A stretch of DNA of 13,073 nucleotides from Candidatus Hodarchaeum mangrovi. Lineage in GTDB: Archaea > Asgardarchaeota > Heimdallarchaeia > Hodarchaeales > Hodarchaeaceae. The stretch is from NCBI GenBank assembly GCA_016839515.1, contig JAEOUE010000262.1:1-13073 (forward strand). Direction: 5' to 3'. This document shows positions 1 to 7,760 of this stretch, piece after piece (position 1 is the stretch's first letter; each line of letters begins with the position of its first letter). The notes beneath the pieces are model-generated. The model ran no database searches, was not told the DNA's origin, and saw nothing but the letters and a program-made list of their open reading frames with translations. The translations under genes and the position numbers were made by a program.

Positions 1-911
1 AAAAAGGAAAATATACGTTGTAAACTGTGTGTTTCAAGTAATATCATTGTTAATAGAATTATAATGCCTCCTACTATCACCCAACCTGAATAGAACAGAT
101 TTAATATAAAAATTTCATAAGTAAAAGGAACAAGAATCTGTAATATTAAATAGAAAGTTGTTTTAAGGGAACCCATCTCAGATAATGCATATTGATATAA
201 CCCAAACGTAACGATTGTTGAAAAGACACCTAAAAATACTAAAATAGGAATTGTTTGAAGAAAAATCTGAAAGTTTGGAGGGGACTCAAATATTGATAAG
301 AAAAGAAGTGGAAGAAATGTATGTACAATACTGGCATATAAAAAACTTAGATAATCAAATTTCCCCTCTTGGCTTTTTATAACCATCATAAATTTATCAG
401 AAATCACAATATTTAGTCCCCAAGAAAAAGCTGCAACCAACAAGAATATCGTGCCTAAACTGGTTATATTAGAAAAATTTTCCCATTTTCCATCAAATGA
501 AATGAAAAACATGCCCAGTGAAGCAGTACTGGCTAATAAAATAATTTCTCTATTAATTGAAGTATTTCTTATTTTCCACGACATAAATGGAACCATGATG
601 ATATAACCAGTCGATATGAGTGTGGCTAGACCCGCGGTGGTCAAATTTTGTCCTATAGTCGAGGTCAAGTAGCCAGCTGAGATTAGCCAGCCAATTAAGA
701 TGCAAGTTCTATTCTTTAGAAATAATAGGCCTTCTCTTCGTTTTATCTCTGGTAAAAATACACTCATCACTAGTACAGCTATCCCAAAACGCATCATCAT
801 AATAAATAAAGGTGTGCAATTCTCTAAGGCAACTCCAACGAAAATTGGTGTTAATCCCCAGATGAAGGTGCTTAAAAGCAAAAAAAATTGAGCTCGTGTT
901 ATTTCTGACAT
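1..911 (-). CDS. EamA/DMT family transporter (3' end runs off the window)
   Basis: Not in the ORF track because no stop codon lies inside the window. Manual translation from the ATG at 911 stays open to position 1: MSEITRAQFFLLLSTFIWGLTPIFVGVALENCTPLFIMMMRFGIA...TTAGLATLISTGYIIMVPF...GTIFLLVAAFSWGLNIV...LGVFSTIVTFGLYQYAL...WVIVGGIIILL. It has about 10 hydrophobic segments, and the IWG / RF / SWG / LG..ST pattern matches two EamA repeats. About 303 codons are visible, so it is nearly complete. Confidence 0.92.
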   Translation of the reverse strand, partial: MSEITRAQFFLLLSTFIWGLTPIFVGVALENCTPLFIMMMRFGIAVLVMSVFLPEIKRREGLLFLKNRTCILIGWLISAGYLTSTIGQNLTTAGLATLISTGYIIMVPFMSWKIRNTSINREIILLASTASLGMFFISFDGKWENFSNITSLGTIFLLVAAFSWGLNIVISDKFMMVIKSQEGKFDYLSFLYASIVHTFLPLLFLSIFESPPNFQIFLQTIPILVFLGVFSTIVTFGLYQYALSEMGSLKTTFYLILQILVPFTYEIFILNLFYSGWVIVGGIIILLTMILLETHSLQRIFSF

Positions 912-930
912 GATAAATACAAAGGCAGTG

Positions 931-938
931 ATTTAAAT
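931..938 (-). promoter_or_regulatory. TATA-like box for a probable leaderless eamA transcript
   Basis: ATTTAAAT lies about 20-27 nt upstream of the ATG at 911, and no Shine-Dalgarno precedes that ATG. This is the usual archaeal leaderless spacing. Confidence 0.5.
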
Positions 939-946
939 GAGTTTAC

Positions 947-964
947 TACCTCCAATGGGAGGTA
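947..964. promoter_or_regulatory. Palindromic operator candidate TACCTCC-N4-GGAGGTA
   Basis: Perfect 7-bp inverted arms with a 4-nt spacer (AATG). It is GC-rich within an AT-rich 102-nt divergent intergenic region between the transporter and the regulator. Confidence 0.65.
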
Positions 965-1013
965 TAAAATTTTTTCAAATGTTAATTTATTCTTATTATT
1001 TAGATGATAATTT

Positions 1014-1685
1014 ATGCTTTATACATTAATTCTTAAAATAAAACATAATTGTCCGTTTTCAATGTTTTCAGAGAAATATTCTTCTTTTGAAATTTTCCAT
1101 TGGTGTAATTCTCAATATGATGTTCTTGAATTGCGAGGAGAGGCAGATGAAGTCGAAAAAACAGTTGGAGAGATCAGTAATGAACTGGGGATGGTATTAA
1201 AGGTTTTTCCTATTGAAGAACAAACCCAGATTGTGATCAAACACTGTGAATGTGACCAGCTGCCTTTTATTAATATTCCTGAAAAATTTGGATGTATTCA
1301 AATACCACCAGTCAAATATTTAGCAGGAATAGAAATCCAGAAATTAATAGTTACATTAGATAATGTTCAACATCTTATGACAGAATATAAAAAAACTGAT
1401 CCAACTGCAGCTATTGAAATATTGAGTCTAGCTCCCTTGAAAGATGTTGAAGATCCAAAAATAGTTTCATTATATGTTGAAGAATTTAGAAAGGATTTGA
1501 CCGACAAGCAATACAATGCCATTACAAAAGCTTATGACCAAGGATATTATGATATACCTCGTAATGTCTCTGTTGATTCACTTGCAGAAGAAATGAATAT
1601 TAGTCGGAGGACCTATGAAGAACATCTGAGAAAAGCTGAAAAAAAGATCATGAGGAAGCTTATTCCATTAATCAAAGTTAAATAG
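1014..1685 (+). CDS. HTH_10 (bacterio-opsin activator/DmsR-like) transcriptional regulator
   Basis: The C-terminal LTDKQYNAITKAYDQGYYDIPRNVSVDSLAEEMNISRRTYEEHLRKAEKKIM matches the HTH_10 consensus (LT.RQ...L..A...GYYD.PR......LA..LGIS..T..EHLRKAE.K). The N-terminal domain carries 5 Cys. Confidence 0.93.
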   Translation: MLYTLILKIKHNCPFSMFSEKYSSFEIFHWCNSQYDVLELRGEADEVEKTVGEISNELGMVLKVFPIEEQTQIVIKHCECDQLPFINIPEKFGCIQIPPVKYLAGIEIQKLIVTLDNVQHLMTEYKKTDPTAAIEILSLAPLKDVEDPKIVSLYVEEFRKDLTDKQYNAITKAYDQGYYDIPRNVSVDSLAEEMNISRRTYEEHLRKAEKKIMRKLIPLIKVK

Positions 1686-1769
1686 CTACACATTCTCACG
1701 TTATACAAATGAGTAAATAAAAAAGCTAAAATTTAACAGAATTTTTAATTATTAGCAGAATCCTTAATT

Positions 1770-1862
1770 ATGGACACTACTATTAATATTAAAATTTTGG
1801 ACTTTGAAATTCCTGGCCTTGCATTTGACATTCCAGAACAAACTGTTGGTTTAAATAATTAA
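1770..1862 (+). CDS. Candidate small protein, 30 aa (MDTTINIKILDFEIPGLAFDIPEQTVGLNN)
   Basis: ATG at 1770 to TAA at 1860-1862. A TATA-like TTTTTAATTA at 1742-1751 gives leaderless spacing, and a T-rich tract follows the stop directly. No recognisable homology. Confidence 0.3.
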   Translation: MDTTINIKILDFEIPGLAFDIPEQTVGLNN

Positions 1863-2073
1863 TTTTACATTTTCTTTTCATTTAACTAGGAGATCAGATA
1901 TTAGTTCCTGACTTCCATATTTTCATCCTATAGAGGATATTTCTTTAAGTAGAAAATATTTCTTTTTTTCATACATTATTAAAGAAATGGAACGATTTAT
2001 TAACATGCATTTTTGAAAAAAAGGATTTGATTTATCATTTTACTCCAAATCAGTATATTTTGGTAGGTTTATT

Positions 2074-3501
2074 ATGAATAATTCCCCTAGAACAATAATT
2101 CTTGGTGCAGGATTAGCAGGACTAGCTTGTGGGTACGAACTAGCCAAACTAGACAAACCAATTATAATTTATGAGAAAGAAGATCAAATCGGAGGATTAT
2201 CACGGACAATATGGATCAAGACAGCTTATGGGGATTTTGGGTTTGATTTTGGTGGACATCGATTTCTAACGCGAGAAAAGGAAATTGAAGCATTTTTCTT
2301 TGAGATCATTGGAATTGGTTATATTGAAAAACGTAATCGGAGTAGCCATATTTTTCTGAAAGGGAGGTACTTTGATTATCCAATCAAACCGTTCACAGCA
2401 CTTCTTCAAATGCCATTTTCATTAACAATAAAAGCAGGAATAACTTATTGGTATGCATTTTTTCGCTATTTTTACGCTAGAAGAAAAATTATTGATAATT
2501 TCGAGGATTGGGTTAAATTTAGATTCGGGTCAGTCTTATATAACTTATTTTTTCGTGATTACACACAGAAAGCATGGGGAATTTCACCACGAACAATTTC
2601 CTCAATATGGGCTGCGGAACGTATTAAAGCAACTAGTTTTCTTTCGATTATAAAAAATAGTTTGTTGCCTCCTAGTCCCGAATCTAAAATCGCCTTAACG
2701 CTTTATAAACAATTTTATTATCCTTCACGAGGTATTCAGGTACTATCAGATCTAATGGCTGAGAAGATTACTACTAATGGTCATAATATTATATGTAATT
2801 CTGAATTAACACATATTTCAATAAATGATGGACAAATAAATTCAATAGAATTTTCTAATGGTGATAAAATAAAAAATTTTGATAATATTGTTAGCTCTAT
2901 CCCCCTTCCTGATTTAATAGCTGCTATGGGAGATGCTGTTCCAAGTGAAGTGAAAACTGCTGCACAAAAATTAATTTATAGAGACCTCATCTTAGTAGGA
3001 ATTATGCTTAATAAACCAGAAGCTCTTCAAGATAGTTGGCTATACTTTCCAGAGGATCAATTTCTTTTTGTTAGAATTAGCGAACCCTCTAAATATGGAC
3101 GTGAAATGTGTCCTCCAAATAAAACAGCTATTGCCGCTGAAATTACGTGTAATCAAGGGGATAATATTTGGATGATGTCTGATGAAGACATTATTGAAAA
3201 GGTGAAATCTCAATTAATTCAACTAAAATTTGTTAATGAACCAGAAGTAATTGGATCGTTTGTAAAACGGATAACCCATGCCTATCCTATATTTGATCTC
3301 AATTTTCAGGAGAATTTAACAACTATTCTGGCTTTTCTATCCCGTTTTGAAAATTTAGAACTGATAGGAAGAACAGGAACATTTCAGTATTTAAATATGG
3401 ATTTAGCTTTACTCCACGGGAGAAAATGTGCTTTTAAACTGGCTGGTTTATCAAAAGATTCAGTCCTTGAAATTAGTCATGATCATAAATGGGTCGGGTA
3501 A
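2074..3501 (+). CDS. FAD-dependent oxidoreductase, UDP-galactopyranose mutase/HemY-like family
   Basis: Rossmann motif ILGAGLAGL..G, EKEDQIGGLSRT, FDFGGHRF, HAYP and C-terminal IGRTGTFQYLNMD. The GGH loop and GR.G.F.Y.NMD motif resemble pyranose-furanose mutases, and the gene heads an operon with glycosylation genes. Confidence 0.85.
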   Translation: MNNSPRTIILGAGLAGLACGYELAKLDKPIIIYEKEDQIGGLSRTIWIKTAYGDFGFDFGGHRFLTREKEIEAFFFEIIGIGYIEKRNRSSHIFLKGRYFDYPIKPFTALLQMPFSLTIKAGITYWYAFFRYFYARRKIIDNFEDWVKFRFGSVLYNLFFRDYTQKAWGISPRTISSIWAAERIKATSFLSIIKNSLLPPSPESKIALTLYKQFYYPSRGIQVLSDLMAEKITTNGHNIICNSELTHISINDGQINSIEFSNGDKIKNFDNIVSSIPLPDLIAAMGDAVPSEVKTAAQKLIYRDLILVGIMLNKPEALQDSWLYFPEDQFLFVRISEPSKYGREMCPPNKTAIAAEITCNQGDNIWMMSDEDIIEKVKSQLIQLKFVNEPEVIGSFVKRITHAYPIFDLNFQENLTTILAFLSRFENLELIGRTGTFQYLNMDLALLHGRKCAFKLAGLSKDSVLEISHDHKWVG

Positions 3502-3516
3502 CATGGGTTATTAAAG

Positions 3517-4572
3517 ATGAAGACACATCTTACTCAATATAAATTACAACTAGATAAAAAGAATATTATAATCACAGCATCTTTATTTTTCCTTTTAGCT
3601 TTATACATTTTATCTCTAGGAGTAGACGTGATTATAAAATCAATTTTAAAAGCAAATTTTTTGTTAGTAACCATAGGTATTTTGCTATATTATTTTAGCT
3701 TAGTTGTCCGAACCTATCGTTGGACATTATTTCTTAAAGCACTAAATATAATTGAAAGGAACTCTTTGAGCCTATGGAATATTTATACGCTCATAACTTA
3801 TTCCTTTTCATTGAATAACGTTTTTCCTCTTCGAATGGGTGAATTATACCGACCATATGAATATTCAAAAAAGACCAATTACCCTCTATTATCCTCTTTT
3901 GCTACAGTTGTCCTTGAAAGGACCTTTGATGTTTGTGTTATGCTTGGATTAATATTTTTCTTTTTATCATTTTTAGGATTTGAAACCTTCCTAGAAATTA
4001 CTGATGTATTAAGAATGCTCATAATGAGTATTGGAATAGTAATTGGATTTCTATGTTTTTTAGTATTATTAAGCAGACCTAAAACTGGGAAATTAATAAT
4101 TCGTATCCTAAATCGAATAGCTAATATTCTTCAAAAACGAGTTATAACAAATGAAGAAGAAACTGCAACAGAGCTTGCAAACCATTTGACACTTTTATTT
4201 CAGAACCAGAAGGCATTAGGGGTAGGTCTAGGGTGTACAATCATTATTTGGGTAATAGAGGGAATAATTTTTTGGATTATATCGCTCTCAATGTCCTTGG
4301 ATATGACTATCATGATGGCTACTTTTATTTTATTATCTGCAGGTTTAATTGGGAATTCCATTACTAGTGCTTCAGGGTTAGGACAACTACCATTCATGGT
4401 AGCTCAATTATTATTCTTTTTATCAATTTCAGAGGAATTAGCATTAAGTGTTAGTATTATCTATCTATTAGCAGTTTTTTGGCTTATTATCCCAATAGGT
4501 AGCTTATTACATTTAACAACAAAATTTACATCAAATCGTTCTATAGAAGAGGCTGAATTGAATCTTGATTAG
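3517..4572 (+). CDS. Lysylphosphatidylglycerol-synthase TM / UPF0104 flippase-like membrane protein
   Basis: Family motifs R..RW (VRTYRWTLFL), NNVFPLRMGELYR and VVLERTFD, with about 8 hydrophobic helices. It starts 15 nt after the flavoprotein stop. Confidence 0.88.
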   Translation: MKTHLTQYKLQLDKKNIIITASLFFLLALYILSLGVDVIIKSILKANFLLVTIGILLYYFSLVVRTYRWTLFLKALNIIERNSLSLWNIYTLITYSFSLNNVFPLRMGELYRPYEYSKKTNYPLLSSFATVVLERTFDVCVMLGLIFFFLSFLGFETFLEITDVLRMLIMSIGIVIGFLCFLVLLSRPKTGKLIIRILNRIANILQKRVITNEEETATELANHLTLLFQNQKALGVGLGCTIIIWVIEGIIFWIISLSMSLDMTIMMATFILLSAGLIGNSITSASGLGQLPFMVAQLLFFLSISEELALSVSIIYLLAVFWLIIPIGSLLHLTTKFTSNRSIEEAELNLD

Positions 4573-5950
4573 CTTGGTAACTAATTCGGAGTTTGATGAA
4601 ACTATTTTTCAGAAAATATCTTCATGGATTCGCCAACACTCTTTAATAACCTCTCTTGCTCTTTTTATTATCATTAAATCAATTATTCTAGTTATTTTCC
4701 TTGTATTATTTGAAATTCTAGGATTTTCAGTTGGTGATTTTGAACCTCAATTTCACACTGGTAATACTTTTTTTGATCTCCTAGGCACTCGTTGGGATAG
4801 TTATTTTTATTTAGTGGTTGCAGAAAATGGCCAATATTTCGATCCTGCAAGACCAACTGATACACGAGTATGGAATTTTGCTCCGCTTTATCCCTTTTTT
4901 ATTAGAATTTTAATGGATATTGGTCAATTCTTTCAAATTAATATTCCTGTTGCCATTGCTGCTGTGATTGTTGCTAATATTTTCTCATTAACTTCTACTT
5001 TTCTTTTTCATTTAGTTTCTCAATTATATCTCTCTGAAGTGAAGGCGATCAATGCTACCTTATTGTTCTCATTTTTCCCAACAACACTTGTATTCTCTAC
5101 TGTAGCATATGCTGAGCCTGTCTATCTAACATTTATCATCTTTTCATGGTACACTTTTGAAAAAAAAAGGTATACAACTACCGGAATTATGTTAGCATTA
5201 ACCACATTAGCTCGTTATCCTGGAGCATTAATTTTCTTTTTGTATATGGCAATTTATTTCGGTCGAAAGGTACGAGATCAAGGTTTTCTACAGGCACTAG
5301 GTTGTCTTATTGCTATCCCTCTTTTTCCTCTCCTTGTTCTGATAAATACTTTTAAATACCTATATTCAGTATTCAAAAATCGAATTTCTTCATTATCTAG
5401 AATTGTAGAGAATTTTGAATCCTTAATAAATCTAAATCCTCAACAAAAAGGAAAAATTTCTAATCTTCTTCATTTTCTGGATATAAAACTCAGTTGGATC
5501 CTTATTTTTGGAATTATTCCCTTAAGTTGGATTTATTATGTAAACATCACTGCTCCTATACCATTAGCTGAAGTTACTTACACAAATTGGGGGGCAAAAT
5601 TCGTTTGGCCTTTAGCAGGACTATTTGATATGTTAGCAAGCGGTGACGTGAAATGGACACTTGAAAAGTTCTCTTTTGCATTTTTATTCTTAATCCTAGG
5701 CATTGGGATACTAAAAAAACGGCCAAGTTTTGCAGTAATGATTATTGGTCCAACTCTATTCTATTCTGGTTATATTGGACTTCATACCTGGGGTATTCCC
5801 CGATATTCAGGAACTATTTTTCATGTCCCATTATCTCTAGCAGAGGAAACTATTTCTCCAAAAATCTTCCTTTTAATCTTAGGTTTTTTTCTTCTTTATG
5901 GTTTTAAGATACTTTGGAGTTTTACAAATTGGAATGTTTGGTTAATCTAA
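4565..5950 (+). CDS. GT-C fold glycosyltransferase, PIG-V/Mannosyl_trans2-like
   Basis: Motifs RWDSYFYL..AENG.Y, NFAPLYP, AVIVANI, FPTTLVFSTVAYAEPVYL and LARYPG match the PIG-V-like pattern WD..YF..IA..GY / AFFPLYP / Y.ESLF / R..G. It is polytopic. The TTG start overlaps the upstream stop by 8 nt and has an SD-like GAGGCTGA at about 4549-4556. The exact start is uncertain. Confidence 0.85.
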   Translation: MISLVTNSEFDETIFQKISSWIRQHSLITSLALFIIIKSIILVIFLVLFEILGFSVGDFEPQFHTGNTFFDLLGTRWDSYFYLVVAENGQYFDPARPTDTRVWNFAPLYPFFIRILMDIGQFFQINIPVAIAAVIVANIFSLTSTFLFHLVSQLYLSEVKAINATLLFSFFPTTLVFSTVAYAEPVYLTFIIFSWYTFEKKRYTTTGIMLALTTLARYPGALIFFLYMAIYFGRKVRDQGFLQALGCLIAIPLFPLLVLINTFKYLYSVFKNRISSLSRIVENFESLINLNPQQKGKISNLLHFLDIKLSWILIFGIIPLSWIYYVNITAPIPLAEVTYTNWGAKFVWPLAGLFDMLASGDVKWTLEKFSFAFLFLILGIGILKKRPSFAVMIIGPTLFYSGYIGLHTWGIPRYSGTIFHVPLSLAEETISPKIFLLILGFFLLYGFKILWSFTNWNVWLI

Positions 5951-7526
5951 GTTTTTTTATCAACTTGCGACGAACTAAATCAATTAAAATAATGAGAAGA
6001 ATAGAAGGGAGGAATATAAAACCCGAAGTGGTATCAGAAGTAGTAGTGGAAGTTAAAGAGGTAATGGTAGTTTGAGAAAAAATAAATGTAAACCAGACTT
6101 GGGCTGATCCTAAATTACCAAACGAGTCATTCGCATAGATATTAAGTCTATATGTCCCTTCAGGGATGTTAAGGTTGAATTGTGTAGTTTCAACAGTAAG
6201 ATTTGATTTATCATTTATGGAATAACCAACCCAAGCAGGTGTCTCGTTGAATGACAGAATTACTTCCACTTTGGTCCCATAAATTGTATCATTTAATGGA
6301 GAGTGAATGGTTATCTCTGGAGCACCTGAATCGGAGAATAGAAATGCTTTGGTAATTTCGAATATATCAGTATTATCAATAATAGAGTTATTATATTGAC
6401 TTAGAGTCCTTCCATACATATAAAAAGGAACATTTGTTGCTGTATGTCCTGTTGAACTAAATAAAGTATATATTTCCGCTGCTCGTGCAACTCTTAGTTG
6501 TTCATTTTCCTCAGCTGTGTTTTCTTCAGCAGGTAGGGCGGTGGTTAAACTTTCTGAGATCACAGCTAACCCTCCAGTCTCATGATCTGCTGTAACTATT
6601 AAAATAGTATTCTCGTGAGTTTGGACATAATCAAGGGCAATTTTAACCGACTTATCAAACTCAATAGTTTCTAATGCAACATTTGGTGCATTATTTACGT
6701 GTGCTGCCCAATCAATCTGACCCCCTTCAACCATTAAAAAGAATCCATCAGGATCTTTTGATAAAATTTCGAGGGATTTGCTAGTCATTTCAGCTAAGGA
6801 GGGAACAAGAGTACGATCTCTTACACGTTCATAAGGGGGATCGCTAGGCGTAAAGAGACCTATTATTTTATTTGATTGTGCTGTTAAGAGCTCAGTTCTA
6901 TTTTCTACAATATTATAACCACGAGACTGCATTTTTGTCAATTCTAATTCTGTAAATGCGCTTCGTCCTCCTCCTAATATGATATCTAGATTTGCATCCT
7001 CAACTAATTGCGTTTCAATTTCATTATAATTGTTTCTGGATAATACATGTGAATAAAATGCAGCAGGTGTTGCATGATTAACCTGAGTGGTTGTTATTAC
7101 CCCTGTTGATTTATAAACCTCATTTGCATACTCTAAAATAGTTTTTAACTGCTCATTTGAAGGTGATACTGATACATAATTATTTTTTGTTTTCTGACCT
7201 GTTGCCATAGCTGTAGCTGCAGCAGCACTATCAGTTATTGAACTGTCTGCAGAAGAAGTGGTGACCTGCCCTTGAATTGGTAATGTTTGCATTGTTAACA
7301 AACCAGCAAGTCCAGACTCAACCCATTGTGCTAGTTTAACATGTTCAGATCCCATTCCATCTCCAATCATTAGGATCACAGAATATCCATCACTTTGGGA
7401 AGTAGTTAGTAATTTCCCAGTTGATATTGAAATATTTAAGTTGAAAATAATAAGGCTTATTAACATGAAGCAGCAGAGACGAGATTTGATTGAGAAATTA
7501 AACGCAGAGGGATTAAACTTTAGCAA
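5922..7526 (-). CDS. phoA: Alkaline phosphatase (PhoA family), exported, with a C-terminal Ig-like domain and membrane anchor/sorting tail
   Basis: All catalytic motifs are present: MIGDGMG, TDSAAAATA (Ser nucleophile), HATPAAF...SR, FFLMVEGGQIDWAAH, VTADHETGG and GHT. There is an N-terminal hydrophobic signal, a TTG start with AGGAGG 8 nt upstream, and a C-terminal APEITIHSP...IYANDSFGN Ig-like module, Thr-rich linker, TM helix and RRK. Confidence 0.95.
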   Translation of the reverse strand: MLKFNPSAFNFSIKSRLCCFMLISLIIFNLNISISTGKLLTTSQSDGYSVILMIGDGMGSEHVKLAQWVESGLAGLLTMQTLPIQGQVTTSSADSSITDSAAAATAMATGQKTKNNYVSVSPSNEQLKTILEYANEVYKSTGVITTTQVNHATPAAFYSHVLSRNNYNEIETQLVEDANLDIILGGGRSAFTELELTKMQSRGYNIVENRTELLTAQSNKIIGLFTPSDPPYERVRDRTLVPSLAEMTSKSLEILSKDPDGFFLMVEGGQIDWAAHVNNAPNVALETIEFDKSVKIALDYVQTHENTILIVTADHETGGLAVISESLTTALPAEENTAEENEQLRVARAAEIYTLFSSTGHTATNVPFYMYGRTLSQYNNSIIDNTDIFEITKAFLFSDSGAPEITIHSPLNDTIYGTKVEVILSFNETPAWVGYSINDKSNLTVETTQFNLNIPEGTYRLNIYANDSFGNLGSAQVWFTFIFSQTTITSLTSTTTSDTTSGFIFLPSILLIILIDLVRRKLIKKLRLTKHSNL

Positions 7527-7534
7527 ACGCAGTT

Positions 7535-7540
7535 CCTCCT
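7535..7540 (-). promoter_or_regulatory. Shine-Dalgarno for phoA
   Basis: AGGAGG on the minus strand, 8 nt upstream of the TTG at 7526. A TTTATTTATTTA TATA-like tract lies further upstream at 7572-7583. Confidence 0.7.
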
Positions 7541-7735
7541 ACTTATAAGATGGTAAAGATAGATTAGAGAGTAAATAAATAAATCTTGGTGAGATATTTT
7601 AAACCTGAAAGAAACTCTTTTCATGTACAAGAATTACTGAATGAGGGAAAATCATTCTCAGAAATCATGTAAGATTCCTTATATCAACAAATAGCAATCA
7701 AAATTTATGAAAAACGCATAAGGGGACATCTTAGA

Positions 7736-7760
7736 ATAAAAAAAGAAAAAAAAGGAAAAT
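7736..7760 (-). terminator. Oligo-T archaeal-type terminator after the FG-GAP protein gene
   Basis: The minus strand reads as T-runs (T4, T8, T7) immediately after the TAA at 7761, with no preceding hairpin. Confidence 0.6.

Noticed and set aside
700-891. 63-aa plus-strand ORF
   Set aside because: Antisense shadow of the EamA gene with no motifs.
947-964. GGAGGT as the Shine-Dalgarno of the regulator, or the dyad as a terminator hairpin
   Set aside because: It is about 50 nt from the ATG, too far for an SD, and it lies between divergent starts where no terminator is expected. An operator fits better.
1886-2065. Short dyads (ATCCT-N4-AGGAT at 1925-1938, CCAAA...TTTGG) and ATATTT repeats as an ncRNA, MITE or CRISPR remnant
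   Set aside because: Arms are 5-8 bp in very AT-rich DNA, with no regular repeat-spacer period, terminal inverted repeats or tRNA-like fold.
2453-2653. 66-aa alternative-frame ORF
   Set aside because: Lies wholly inside the flavoprotein gene with no independent signals.
2074-3501. Assignment as hemY (protoporphyrinogen oxidase) or a firm glf call
   Set aside because: There is no haem-pathway context and the motifs lean toward the mutase-like family, but activity cannot be fixed from sequence, so no symbol is given.
4200-4397. 65-aa minus-strand ORF
   Set aside because: Antisense to hydrophobic codons of the flippase-like gene, a typical shadow ORF.
3517-4572. Assignment as mprF
   Set aside because: Only the TM/flippase-like domain is present and there is no aminoacyl-transferase domain.
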